Source: Solirubrobacteraceae bacterium (GTDB taxonomy: Bacteria > Actinomycetota > Thermoleophilia > Solirubrobacterales > Solirubrobacteraceae). From it: a stretch of 64,000 nt of DNA. A model generated the notes under the pieces. The model was not told the DNA's origin. It worked only from the letters and a program-made list of their open reading frames with translations, and did no database searches. The stretch lies in assembly GCA_035508735.1 (NCBI GenBank), contig DATJMM010000008.1:9021-73020 (forward strand). Direction: 5' to 3'. Of the stretch, positions 1-9,968 are shown piece by piece (positions within the stretch are counted from its first letter, which is position 1; each line of letters opens with the position of its first letter). Made by a program: the position numbers and the translations under genes.

Positions 1-55
1 GATAAATGAGCACCGGGATCGCGGTCGCGTTCGGGATCGATCGGTTCGCCAGCAT
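1..55 (-). CDS. VOC/glyoxalase-family protein, 5' end only (runs off the left edge)
   Basis: ATG at 55 reads MLANRSIPNATAIPVLIY, resembling VOC N-termini (..IPVLxY). A TAAGCT hexamer lies 8 nt upstream. Not in the ORF track because it has no stop in the window. Confidence 0.55.
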   Translation of the reverse strand, partial: MLANRSIPNATAIPVLIY

Positions 56-217
56 GGCAGAGCAGCTTACGAGAGCGCGCCACGAAGCTGTACCCCCGCG
101 GTTTCGCAGGCTGTGAGCGGCCACCCGAGACCGCCCGCGACATCGAGGTCGCGCGACATCGTCGTGAGGTGGCTGGCGCCGTTGCGTCGTTCGAGAGCTC
201 CGGAAGGCTGGCGCGAC

Positions 218-379
218 CGGTCGCACGTCGAAGAGGGTGAAAACCCTTGCCCAGCAGTCGCGCAACATCGTCTCGGCGCCGTCATAGACGCCGCCCAGCT
301 CCTCGGGCATCCCGTCCGCGACCACGCCGCGGAAGTCGGGGGTGAGCGCTGCGAGCAGCTGCCTGGGGTCCCGCTGCTC
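218..379 (-). pseudogene. Fragment of a SnoaL/NTF2-like (ketosteroid isomerase-like) gene
   Basis: The frame starting at 379 reads [54 protein letters not shown], like the N-half of a SnoaL fold. The ATG at 381 coupled to the sigma stop is in another frame, and the resemblance stops after about 54 codons. Confidence 0.45.
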
Positions 380-1571
380 ATTTGGGCATTTCCTCGAGGG
401 TGGCGAGCCGGCGTTCGAGCAGCTGCCGCTCGGCCGCATCGTGAGCAAGGGCGATCGCACGGGTGTAGGCGAGGTGCGCCTCGGAGGCGCGGCTGAGGCG
501 GCGAAGCATCTCTGCGCGCGCCGAGTGCAGGTAGCGGTAGCCCTGCAGCGGCAGCTGCTCGAGGATGCCCAGTCCGGCCTCCGGTCCTCGAGCTTCAGCG
601 ATCGCGATCGCGCGGTTGAGCTGCACCACCGGTGAGTCGGTGCGTGCGGCCAGCTCGTCGTAGAGCGCAGCGATCTGCGGCCAGTCGCGGTGCGGCTCCA
701 GATGAAGCGAGGCGATTGCGGCTTGGAGGACGTAGACCCCACCGCGATCGCGCCCGTAGAGGGCGATCGCGCGGTCGAGCTCGGCTCGTCCGCGCGCGAT
801 CTGGTCGAGATCCCAGAGCGATCGGTCCTGCTCGGAGAGCAGCATGAGCTCGCCCTCGGCGTAACGCGCGTCGCGGCGCGAGTTGTGGAGCAGCATCAGC
901 GCCAGCAGGCCGTGGACGTCGGGCTCGTCGGGCATCAGCTGGGCGAGCGCCTGGCCGAGACGAATCGCCTCGTCCGCCAGATCTCGACGGGTCAGCGGCG
1001 CTGAGTACCCCTCGTTGAAGATCAGGTACACGACCGCCAGGACCGCGGCGAGTCGATCGGGCAGCAGGTGATCGGGAGGTACCCGGAAGGGGATCCCGGC
1101 GGTGCGGATCTTGCGCTTGGCTCGCACGAGCCGCTGCGCCATCGTGGCCTCGCCAACGAGGAACGCGCGGGCGAGCTCGGCGGTGTCGAGGCCGCCGAGG
1201 GTGCGCAGTGTGAGCGCCACCTGCGCGTCGGTGCTCAGCGCCGGGTGGCAGCAGCTGAAGATCAGCTCCAGGCGCTCGTCGGGAATCTCCACTGGGTCCA
1301 TGTCGTCGGGGTCGGCGAATCGAGGTGCTTCGATCAGCAGGTGCGCTTTGGCGGCGAGCGTTCGGTCCCTCCGGATGCGGTCGATCGCGCGCCGGCGGGC
1401 GGTTGTGACGAGCCAGCCGGCCGGGTTGGTGGGCGGGCCGTCCTCGGGCCATCGTTCGGCGGCCGCCGCGAACGCGTCCTGTGCGGCCTCCTCGGCGAGA
1501 TCGAAGTCGCCGAGGAGGCCGACGAGCACGGCCAAGACCTTGCCCCAGTGCTCGCGGAACGCCTGCCCTAC
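378..1571 (-). CDS. ECF sigma factor with C-terminal DUF6596/TPR extension (ECF42 type)
   Basis: Region 2 [27 protein letters not shown]; [15 protein letters not shown]; region 4 [32 protein letters not shown]; TPR-like tail [17 protein letters not shown]. Lies next to a YCII gene. Start uncertain (GTA at 1571 or GTG at 1676). Confidence 0.9.
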   Translation of the reverse strand, partial: VGQAFREHWGKVLAVLVGLLGDFDLAEEAAQDAFAAAAERWPEDGPPTNPAGWLVTTARRRAIDRIRRDRTLAAKAHLLIEAPRFADPDDMDPVEIPDERLELIFSCCHPALSTDAQVALTLRTLGGLDTAELARAFLVGEATMAQRLVRAKRKIRTAGIPFRVPPDHLLPDRLAAVLAVVYLIFNEGYSAPLTRRDLADEAIRLGQALAQLMPDEPDVHGLLALMLLHNSRRDARYAEGELMLLSEQDRSLWDLDQIARGRAELDRAIALYGRDRGGVYVLQAAIASLHLEPHRDWPQIAALYDELAARTDSPVVQLNRAIAIAEARGPEAGLGILEQLPLQGYRYLHSARAEMLRRLSRASEAHLAYTRAIALAHDAAERQLLERRLATLEEMPK

Positions 1572-1912
1572 CCCGCGATCGGCCGGATCTCGACCTTGCC
1601 GCCCATCGTCGCCGCCGGGATCTTCGCGGCCAGCTCTATCGCCGCGTCCAGATCCGCTGCCTCGTAGATCAGCCACCCGTCCAGCGCCTCCTTGATCTCC
1701 ACGAACGGCCCGTCCGTGGTCAACGTCTGACCGTCCTCGACGCGGACGGTGGTCGCGGTCTCGGGACCCTGCAGTCGAAGCTCGTTAGGCGTCACGCCAG
1801 GAGTCTGGTTGACCTCCTGGTAGCCGGCCGCGATCTCCTTCTGCTCCTGCTCGGTGAGGTTACGCCAGTCGCGGGCCCGCGGCCCGAGGTTGATCAACAT
1901 CGCGTACTTCAT
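1568..1912 (-). CDS. YCII-related (DGPF) protein
   Basis: [43 protein letters not shown]; AAGGAG SD upstream. Confidence 0.92.
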   Translation of the reverse strand: MKYAMLINLGPRARDWRNLTEQEQKEIAAGYQEVNQTPGVTPNELRLQGPETATTVRVEDGQTLTTDGPFVEIKEALDGWLIYEAADLDAAIELAAKIPAATMGGKVEIRPIAG

Positions 1913-1945
1913 AGCTCGCTCCTTGGTTGTGATGGTCGGGGCTAA

Positions 1946-1972
1946 GACGAACGCGAGGGCCGGAAATCGACA
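1946..1972 (-). promoter_or_regulatory. ECF42-type promoter, TGTCGA-N17-CGTC
   Basis: Minus strand reads TGTCGA (1972-1967), 17 nt, then CGTC (1949-1946), upstream of the YCII-sigma operon. This matches the ECF42 -35 TGTCGA / -10 CG(A/T)C consensus. Confidence 0.7.
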
Positions 1973-2043
1973 GGTCCCCGCCGATCAGGGCTCCAGGCGC
2001 CGGTCGCGGGCGCCCTGACCGGCGCCGACCCATGTCTTTCGGT

Positions 2044-2103
2044 TCAGTCGGTTCCGGCCGATGCGCGCTCCCACAAGAACCCGTCGGGATCGGCGAAGGC
2101 ACC
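2044..2103 (-). pseudogene. 3' remnant of a glyoxalase/VOC gene
   Basis: Reads GAFADPDGFLWERASAGTD*. FxDPDGxxWE is the VOC C-terminal motif. There is no 5' part, because the SDR stop lies 12 nt upstream. Confidence 0.5.
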
Positions 2104-2114
2104 GCCGGGCGCGC

Positions 2115-3041
2115 TCAGGCGAAGTAGTGGCCCTCTTCGAGGTCGGCGATCAGCCCCTGGCGCGTCGGCTCCCAGCCGAGCAGCTCATGTGTGATCTGCG
2201 CCGAGGCGGGGCTGTCGAGGCCCCAGAAGCCGCCGAGCCAGCCCACGTAGTCGCCGGCCTGCTCGGGCGTCACCGATACGGCGGGCACGTCCAGGCGCGA
2301 GGCGAAGACCTCGGCGACCTCGCGGATCGGCACGCCCTCGTCGCCGATCGCGTGCAGCGCCGACCCGGCCGGCGCCGACTCGAGCGCGAGGCGAAACACG
2401 CGCGCTGCGTCGTCGCGGTGCACCGCCGGCCAGCGGTTGGCGCCGTCGCCCACGTAGGCCGCCGCGCCGCGCTCGCGCGCGAAGCCGATCGCGATCGGGA
2501 TGAAGCCGTTGTCGCCCTCGCCGTGACAGGTCGGCGGCAGCCGCACGATCGAGGAGCGCACGCCGCGCTCGGCGAGGGAGAGCGCGAGCTGGGCGTTGGC
2601 CAGCCGCCGCTCGGCGCCGCTGACCGGCGCCTCGCGCTCGCCGCCTTGCGCGGCGAGGCCGTCGCGCTCGGTGGCCACGCGTCCGGGCGCCAACCCGAGC
2701 ACGCCGGAGGCGATCACCAATGGCCTGCCGCTGCCGGCGAGGGCCTCGCCGAAGGTCTCGATCGCTCGTCGATCGGCGTCGGCGGCGCCGGCGAAGTCGC
2801 CGGCGAAGGCGATGTCGTGCTTGAACGCGAGGTGGATCACGCCGTCACAGCACGCGGCGGCGTCGCGCAGGGCGTGGAGGTCATCGAGCGACCCCGCGCA
2901 GACCTCCGCACCGGCGGCCCGCAGAGCCTCGGCAGAGGCGTCCGAGCGGGCGAGGGCGAGGGTCTCGTGGCCGGCGCCGGTCAGCTCGGGCACTACGGCG
3001 CGACCGATCCAGCCTGATGCTCCAGTGACGAAGACACGCAT
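2115..3041 (-). CDS. NAD-dependent epimerase/dehydratase-type (atypical SDR) oxidoreductase
   Basis: MRVFVTGASGWIG Rossmann motif; DGVIHLAF; RWPAVHRDDAARVF. Confidence 0.9.
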   Translation of the reverse strand: MRVFVTGASGWIGRAVVPELTGAGHETLALARSDASAEALRAAGAEVCAGSLDDLHALRDAAACCDGVIHLAFKHDIAFAGDFAGAADADRRAIETFGEALAGSGRPLVIASGVLGLAPGRVATERDGLAAQGGEREAPVSGAERRLANAQLALSLAERGVRSSIVRLPPTCHGEGDNGFIPIAIGFARERGAAAYVGDGANRWPAVHRDDAARVFRLALESAPAGSALHAIGDEGVPIREVAEVFASRLDVPAVSVTPEQAGDYVGWLGGFWGLDSPASAQITHELLGWEPTRQGLIADLEEGHYFA

Positions 3042-3091
3042 GGGGGAACCTCCCGGATGGTGGTTGCCCGGCGGTCGTCCGGGCCGCGGGC

Positions 3092-3146
3092 AACCTGATG
3101 TCAGTTGCTGACATCAGGTTAGCAAATCCGTTGTCAGTCGCTGTCA
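3092..3146. promoter_or_regulatory. TetR operator: perfect 13-bp inverted repeat plus a second imperfect site
   Basis: AACCTGATGTCAG-ttg-CTGACATCAGGTT (3092-3120) and TGTCAG-tcg-CTGTCA (3132-3146), between the divergent SDR and tetR genes. Confidence 0.7.
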
Positions 3147-3162
3147 TCATTACCATCGCACC

Positions 3163-3756
3163 ATGAGCCGCTGGAAGCCCGACGCCCGCGGCCGCCTCGC
3201 GCGAGCGGCGATGGAGCTCTACGGCGAGCACGGCTTCGAGCAGACCACCGTCGCCGAGATCGCGGCGCGGGCGGGGCTCACCGAGCGAACCTTCTTCCGT
3301 CACTTCGCGGACAAGCGCGAGGTCCTGTTCGAGGGCGCGGCTGCGCTCGAAGCGCGCCTCGTAGACGGCGTGGTCGCCGCACCAGCCGACGCCGCGCCGA
3401 TCGAGGTCGTCGCCGCGGCGCTGCGCTCGATCGCGCCGATCTTCGCCGAGCGCCGGCCCTTCGCCCGCCAGCGTCAGGCGATCGTCGCCGCCAACCCCGA
3501 GCTGCGGGAGCGCGAGCTGATCAAGCTCGCCGCGCTCGCCGCCGCCGTCACCGCGGCGCTGCACGAGCGCGGCGTGGACGAGCCACAGGCGAGCCTCGCC
3601 GCGGAGGCCGGGATCGCGGTGTTCCGCATCGGCTTCGATCGCTGGGTCGCCGCCTGTGACGACGGCGCCGAGCTCGGCGAGGTGATGGACGAGCTGTTCG
3701 GCTCGCTCAGCGCGCTCGTGGCGGCGGGCGTCGCTCCGCGCAAAGCGCGTCGCTAA
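3163..3756 (+). CDS. TetR-family transcriptional regulator
   Basis: HTH GFEQTTVAEIAARAGLTERTFFRHFADKREVLF; divergent from the SDR. Confidence 0.93.
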   Translation: MSRWKPDARGRLARAAMELYGEHGFEQTTVAEIAARAGLTERTFFRHFADKREVLFEGAAALEARLVDGVVAAPADAAPIEVVAAALRSIAPIFAERRPFARQRQAIVAANPELRERELIKLAALAAAVTAALHERGVDEPQASLAAEAGIAVFRIGFDRWVAACDDGAELGEVMDELFGSLSALVAAGVAPRKARR

Positions 3757-4121
3757 CGATGGGCGACGCTGCTCGAGGCCGGTGCACGCGCGGGGAAGCG
3801 CTGCTCGTTGCGCTCGATCTTCCTGTATGCGGCGTTCAGCGGATCGACGCCCAAGACGTCACACAGTCGGACCAGGTAGATGAGCACGTCCGCGATCTCG
3901 TCTTCGAGCTCATCGAGGAGCGGGCCCACGTCTTGATCTGCCGTCGCCCATTGCAGGATCGCGGCCAGCTCGCCCGCCTCGGCCGACACGGCTGTGGTGA
4001 GGTTCTTGGCCGTGTGCAAGCGCTCCCAGGAGCGTGCGTGCGCGAACTCCCGCAGCCGCCGCTTCAGCCGCTCGATCTCCGAGGGGCTGCGGGCCAGCGT
4101 CGCCGGCTCGCTCCGCATCAT
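3753..4121 (-). CDS. MazG-like nucleotide pyrophosphohydrolase (DCTPP1/RS21-C6-like)
   Basis: FAHARSWERLHTAKNL..EAGELAAILQW..EDEIADVLIYLVRLCDVLG..KIERNEQRFP. ATG at 4121 overlaps the upstream TGA (ATGA), so the track's 4439 start is too long. Confidence 0.85.
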   Translation of the reverse strand: MMRSEPATLARSPSEIERLKRRLREFAHARSWERLHTAKNLTTAVSAEAGELAAILQWATADQDVGPLLDELEDEIADVLIYLVRLCDVLGVDPLNAAYRKIERNEQRFPARAPASSSVAHR

Positions 4122-5125
4122 GCGCTCAGCAGGCGCGGAGCGTCGAGCGCTGCGGCCACCTCCCGTCGATGCCACGCCAGATAGCCCTCGTTCGCCGGCC
4201 CGAAGCAGGTGAACGCCCGCCCGTCGAGGTGCGCCAGCATCTCCCGCCGCCATTGGCTCATGTCGGCCGCCTCGGTCGTCCTGATCACACCCGCGCCGTC
4301 CACGAACACCGCGCCGCTGTCGAAGCAGTGATGACACGTCACGCACGCCAGCACGGCCACGCCTGTATCGAGCCGCTCCTGCTCGCTGCAGACGCGCCGC
4401 TTCTTCAGATGCGCCACCTCGAGGTCCTCGGCGACGCATTCCCGCTCACAGAACGCACACGGGGCGCTCGAGCGCCCGGCGAGCAACGCCCTGCGCATGC
4501 CGCTCGCCTCGCGGCGCTGGACGATATGGCCGAGAACGTCGGTCGAAGCGCCCCCCGCCGGCAGGCGCGGAGCACCGCTTGCAGGTGGGCTGCCGAGCGT
4601 CGCGGGAGCGATCACCCAAGGCATCGAGGCGAAGATGCCCGACATGCGAATCGCCTCCGCGATCGCAGGGTTGATCTCGGCCATGCGCAGCTCCACGTTC
4701 TTCTCGTGCGCGTAGACGTTGATCGGGACGCGCAGGTCCCACTCGTCTGGTTCGCGTTGGCTCCACACCCGCGAGGTTGCGGTGTAGGCAGGACCCTCCA
4801 CTTCGAAGAGCGCGAACTCGGAGAACTGCGCCTTCACGAAGTGCGCGAGCGGTGCGCGCGGGCCGTAGGCCGATCCCGCCTCGTTGCGCGGCGGCTGCGC
4901 CGGGTTCTGCCAGCTGAACCCGTGCACGGCGATGCCGAGCTGTCCCGGCTGGATGCGCTCGAACGCCGGCCTGTGACTCATCTTGTCCGCGGTGCTGCCC
5001 TTCGAGCCCCACAAGCCGCGAGCGACGCAGATCGGAAAATCCCGCCCCCAGTGCTCGCCCACCGCCGAGCACGCGATCGTCAGCGCCTGTTCGGCGACCA
5101 TCTGCTGCGCGTAGAGTCCAGACAT
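4118..5125 (-). CDS. Putative EVE/PUA-like reader fused to an HNH endonuclease (type IV restriction-like)
   Basis: C-terminal CAFC..LEVAHLKKRR..LACVTCHHCFDSG is HNH_2-like with Zn ligands. The N-terminus has ICVARGLWG, FERIQPGQ, FALFEVEGPAY and WDLRVPI, resembling EVE. AAGGAG SD present. Confidence 0.6.
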   Translation of the reverse strand: MSGLYAQQMVAEQALTIACSAVGEHWGRDFPICVARGLWGSKGSTADKMSHRPAFERIQPGQLGIAVHGFSWQNPAQPPRNEAGSAYGPRAPLAHFVKAQFSEFALFEVEGPAYTATSRVWSQREPDEWDLRVPINVYAHEKNVELRMAEINPAIAEAIRMSGIFASMPWVIAPATLGSPPASGAPRLPAGGASTDVLGHIVQRREASGMRRALLAGRSSAPCAFCERECVAEDLEVAHLKKRRVCSEQERLDTGVAVLACVTCHHCFDSGAVFVDGAGVIRTTEAADMSQWRREMLAHLDGRAFTCFGPANEGYLAWHRREVAAALDAPRLLSA

Positions 5126-5281
5126 TGCTCTCTCCTTCGAGTCGGAAATGGGAGATGGGACGAGGGCCAGCAGGCTCCGAGACGTCCCGGCCAGAAGCTA
5201 ACGGGCCTACCGGACGGCGATCGACGGTCTCGGTGACGCCGGCACCGGCGGCGAGGGGCCGGCGGAGCAGACCGGCGTCGT

Positions 5282-6603
<1,322 letters not shown>

Positions 6604-6607
<4 letters not shown>

Positions 6608-7287
6608 CGCGCCCCCTGCTCCAGCTCGATGCGCATCGCGCGCGCCAGTTCGCCGCCGAGCGCCAGCTCGCGCTCGCGCACGCGCACGAACACCGGGCCT
6701 CCGAAGGGCTGGCGGCGCATCACCTCCAGTCGCTCGCCGAGCACGATCCCCTCCTCGTCGAGGTAGCGCAGCATCTCCGGGTCGGAGTCCGACACCCGCA
6801 CGAAGCGCCCTGCGGCCCCCGCCTGCAGCTCGCCGAGGCTGTACGTCTCGCCCTCGTCGATCTCGAACGCGTGCGTGGGAATCGGATCGCCATGGGGGTC
6901 GATCCTGGGGTTGCCCAGGCGCTCCGCGATCAGCTGCTCGAGCTCCTCGGAGATCACGTGCTCGAGCACCTCCGCCTCGGCGTGCACGCGATCCCACGGC
7001 ATTCCCAGCTCCTGCGCCAGGAACAGCTCGATCAGCCGGTGGTGGCGAAGCACCTCGAGCGCTGCCTCGCGCCCCCGTTCGGTCAGGCGCACGCCGCGAT
7101 AGCGCTCGTGCTCGACCAGGCCCAGCTCGGCCAGCTTGCGCACCATCGCCGAGACCGAGCCCGGCGTCACCTCCAGGCGCTCCGCCAGGTCGTTGGTGGC
7201 GACCGCTGCGCCGGCGCGCGTCTCCAGCGCGTAGATCGCCTTCACGTAGTCCTGCACATGGGGAGAAACAGAATCTACCACCGGCAT
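6604..7287 (-). CDS. mntR: DtxR/MntR-family metal-dependent regulator with FeoA-like C-terminal domain
   Basis: QDYVKAIY..VTPGSVSAMVRKL..RHHRLIELFL..HAEAEVLEH..DPHGDPIP; ATG at 7287 preferred. Confidence 0.92.
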
Positions 7288-7295
7288 AAAGAAGA

Positions 7296-7311
7296 TTTTG
7301 GCATACCAAGA
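7296..7311. promoter_or_regulatory. Candidate MntR/DtxR-type operator
   Basis: TTTTGGCATACCAAGA, 12/16 palindromic, in an AT-rich patch 9 nt upstream of the mntR start. Confidence 0.5.
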
Positions 7312-7405
7312 GCAATTGTTCAAGGCGCCTCCTGCCCAGGCTGCGCGCGCCTACGCGGTCCGGGCGCACGCTCTCCAGGGAGGCCTTCTCTAACCTCGTC
7401 GCACG

Positions 7406-8128
7406 ATGAGTGCTGCTCGCGCCCCGGCGATCTCCGTGCGCGACCTGCGCGTGCGGCGGGGCGGCCGCGAGGTCCTGCACGGGCTCACGTTCGAGCTGGG
7501 GACGGGCCTCGTGGCGGGTCTGATCGGGCCGAGCGGGGGTGGCAAGACAACGCTCATGCGCGCGCTGGTCGGGGTGCAGCGCAGCGCTCGCGGCGAGTTG
7601 CGCGTGCTCGGGATGGCGCCGGGAAGCTCCGAGCTCAGGCGACGCCTGGGCTACGGCACGCAGAGCCAGGCCTGCTACGCGGACCTGACCGTGCGAGAGA
7701 ACCTGCGCTACTTCGGAGCGCTGGTGGGCGCGCGGCGCGAGCAGGCGGAGGAGCTGCTCGAGCAGGTGGACCTGCGCGACGCCGCCGGGCAGCTGGCCCG
7801 CTCGCTATCCGGCGGCCAGCGCTCGCGGCTGTCGCTCGCCACAGCGCTGCTGGGCGAGCCCGAGCTGCTGGTGCTGGACGAGCCGACGGTGGGTCTGGAC
7901 CCGCTGCTGCGCGAGCGTCTGTGGCGGATGTTTCGAGGGATTGTCGAGCGCGGCGCCACCCTGCTCGTCTCGAGCCACGTGATGGAGGAGGCGGCGCGCT
8001 GCCAGGAGGTGCTGCTCCTGCGCGACGGCTCGCTGCTGGCGCACGCGACGCCGTCCGAGCTGATGCGCGCCACCGGCGCCGGCGACCTCGACGCGGCCTT
8101 CCTGGCGCTGGTGGCCGAGCGCGCGTGA
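7406..8128 (+). CDS. ABC-2 type exporter ATP-binding protein
   Basis: GPSGGGKT Walker A, LSGGQ signature, LLVLDEP Walker B, SSH H-loop. Confidence 0.93.
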   Translation: MSAARAPAISVRDLRVRRGGREVLHGLTFELGTGLVAGLIGPSGGGKTTLMRALVGVQRSARGELRVLGMAPGSSELRRRLGYGTQSQACYADLTVRENLRYFGALVGARREQAEELLEQVDLRDAAGQLARSLSGGQRSRLSLATALLGEPELLVLDEPTVGLDPLLRERLWRMFRGIVERGATLLVSSHVMEEAARCQEVLLLRDGSLLAHATPSELMRATGAGDLDAAFLALVAERA

Positions 8129-8856
8129 CGCGCACGCTCAGCACAGCCGTGCGCGTGCTGCGCCAGCTGCGCCACGACCCCCGCACGGTCGCGTTGATCC
8201 TGGGCGTCCCGGCGCTGCTGATGACGCTCTTCCGCTTCGTCTACGAGCACCAGCATGCGGCCTTCGAGCGCTCCGGCCCGGCGCTGATGGTGCTGTTCCC
8301 GCTGGTCACGATGTTCCTGGTCTCCTCGGTGGCGCTGCTGCGCGAGCGCACCACCGGCACGCTCGAGCGCCTGATGACCACGCCGATCAGCAGGTTCGCG
8401 CTGCTCGGCGGGTATGGCTTGGCGTTCACGCTGCTGGCCCTGGCGCAGGCCGCCGTGGTCAGCTCGCTCAGCCTTGCCGCGCTCGGCCTGAGCCTGATGG
8501 GCAGCACCGCGCTCGTGGTGACGCTCGCCGCCGCGGTGGCCCTGCTCGGCCTGGGCCTGGGCCTGCTCGCCAGCGCCTTCGCGCGCAGCGAGTTCCAGGT
8601 GGTGCAGTTCTTCCCCGCCGCGATCCTTCCCCAGCTGCTGCTGTGCGGGCTGCTCGTGCCCCGCGCGCGCATGGGCGCGCTGCTGAGCGCGATCTCCGAC
8701 GCGCTGCCGATGTCCTACGCCATCGACGGCGTCCGGCACCTCGCCGTCGAGCGCGGAGCAAGCGGCGGCGCCCTGGGCGACCTGGCGATCGTGCTGGCCT
8801 ACGCCGTGGGGGCGATCATGCTCGGCGCGCTCACGCTCGGGCGGCGCAGCGAGTGA
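8125..8856 (+). CDS. ABC-2 type exporter permease
   Basis: VTRTLSTAVRVLRQLRHDPRT..LRERTTGTLERLMTTP..EFQVVQF..PMSYAIDG. GTG overlaps the ATPase stop. Confidence 0.9.
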   Translation: MTRTLSTAVRVLRQLRHDPRTVALILGVPALLMTLFRFVYEHQHAAFERSGPALMVLFPLVTMFLVSSVALLRERTTGTLERLMTTPISRFALLGGYGLAFTLLALAQAAVVSSLSLAALGLSLMGSTALVVTLAAAVALLGLGLGLLASAFARSEFQVVQFFPAAILPQLLLCGLLVPRARMGALLSAISDALPMSYAIDGVRHLAVERGASGGALGDLAIVLAYAVGAIMLGALTLGRRSE

Positions 8857-8878
8857 TGCCGCGGCGAGGCGCAAGCGC

Positions 8879-8978
8879 CGCGATCCCGGCGGTGCGGTCC
8901 GACGGCGCCACCCCGGCGGTGCGGTCCGACGCCGCGATCCCGGTGGTGCGGTCCGGACGGCGCGACCCCGGCGGCGGC
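8879..8978. repeat. 27-bp tandem repeat, about 3.6 copies
   Basis: CGCGATCCCGGCGGTGCGGTCCGACGG / CGCCACCCCGGCGGTGCGGTCCGACGC / CGCGATCCCGGTGGTGCGGTCCGGACGG / partial, between convergent genes. No spacers. Confidence 0.85.
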
Positions 8979-8997
8979 GAGTTCCGCGCCGAGCACG

Positions 8998-9873
8998 CTA
9001 GTCCTCGCCGCGGGCCACCTGGACGACCGGGCTCTCGAGCGCCGCGCCGAGGCTCTGGATCGCCCCATGCGAGCCCGCCTGCCGCTCGTAGGGCGCGCGC
9101 TGGACGTCGCGCCTGGCCACCGTCACGTATGCCACCAGCGCCACGAAGATCACCAGCGCCACCGCGCTGACGGGCCCGTCGCCGAGGCCGAGGCCGGTGA
9201 TCGACGGCGGCTTGCCGAACCAGTCGGCGAACGAGGCGCCGAGCGGGCGGGTGAGGACGTAGGCGAACCAGAACGCCACGATCGGGTTCATCAGCTGGCG
9301 CCGCCAGGCGAACGCCGGGATCGAGATGAGCGAGGCGAACAGCACGATCGAGACCAGCAGGCCGAGGTTCAGGTAGAAGGCGGTGAGGTCACCGGCGGCG
9401 GTGCCCAGGGCGAAGGTGCCGAACACCGCCGCCCAGTAGAAGCGCTCGCGCCGCCGCGTGTTGATGCTGTGGATCGACAGCGTGCCCTCGGAGCGGTACC
9501 AGAACCAGAACACCGCCGCCGTGGCCGCCCCGTACAGCGCCGTGGTGGCCGGGTAGGGCATGCTGGTCGCGTCGTGCAGGGCGTCGGCGGCCATCGTGCC
9601 GAACACCGCCACCATCATCACCGTGAACCAGTACTGCGGCGCGCGGTACTCGCGCGTGCGCAGCTGCAGGCGCAGCGCCAGCCACATGCCGAAGATCCCG
9701 GTCACGCCGGCCAGCGGCACGCTGGTGTCGCCGAGGAAGTCCGACATGGCCTCGCCCATGCCGGTGGTGAGCAGCTTCAGCGCCCAGAACATCAGCGTGA
9801 TCTCGGGCACCTTGGCGGCCAGCGGCTGCAACTGCTCGAGCTTGTCCGTACCTACAGCGCGTTTGAACGCCAT
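8998..9873 (-). CDS. COG4705-family (DUF347-repeat) membrane protein
   Basis: KVPEITLMFWALKLLTTGMGE..YW..AVFGT..TFALGTAAGD..FWFAYVLTRPLGASFAD. Confidence 0.85.
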   Translation of the reverse strand: MAFKRAVGTDKLEQLQPLAAKVPEITLMFWALKLLTTGMGEAMSDFLGDTSVPLAGVTGIFGMWLALRLQLRTREYRAPQYWFTVMMVAVFGTMAADALHDATSMPYPATTALYGAATAAVFWFWYRSEGTLSIHSINTRRRERFYWAAVFGTFALGTAAGDLTAFYLNLGLLVSIVLFASLISIPAFAWRRQLMNPIVAFWFAYVLTRPLGASFADWFGKPPSITGLGLGDGPVSAVALVIFVALVAYVTVARRDVQRAPYERQAGSHGAIQSLGAALESPVVQVARGED

Positions 9874-9968
9874 CGCCGCTCCTTCGTGGTCGCAGGTTCA
9901 ACCCGGTGTCCGTCCCGGCGATCCCACGGCTCGCCGCCGAGCGCCGCAGGCTAGGGGCTCCCGCTTAC

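Noticed and set aside
67-381. 104-aa ORF coupled to the sigma stop
   Set aside because: The translation is not protein-like; the neighbouring frame carries the SnoaL-like signal.
8879-8978. CRISPR array
   Set aside because: The repeats abut with no unique spacers, and no cas genes are present.
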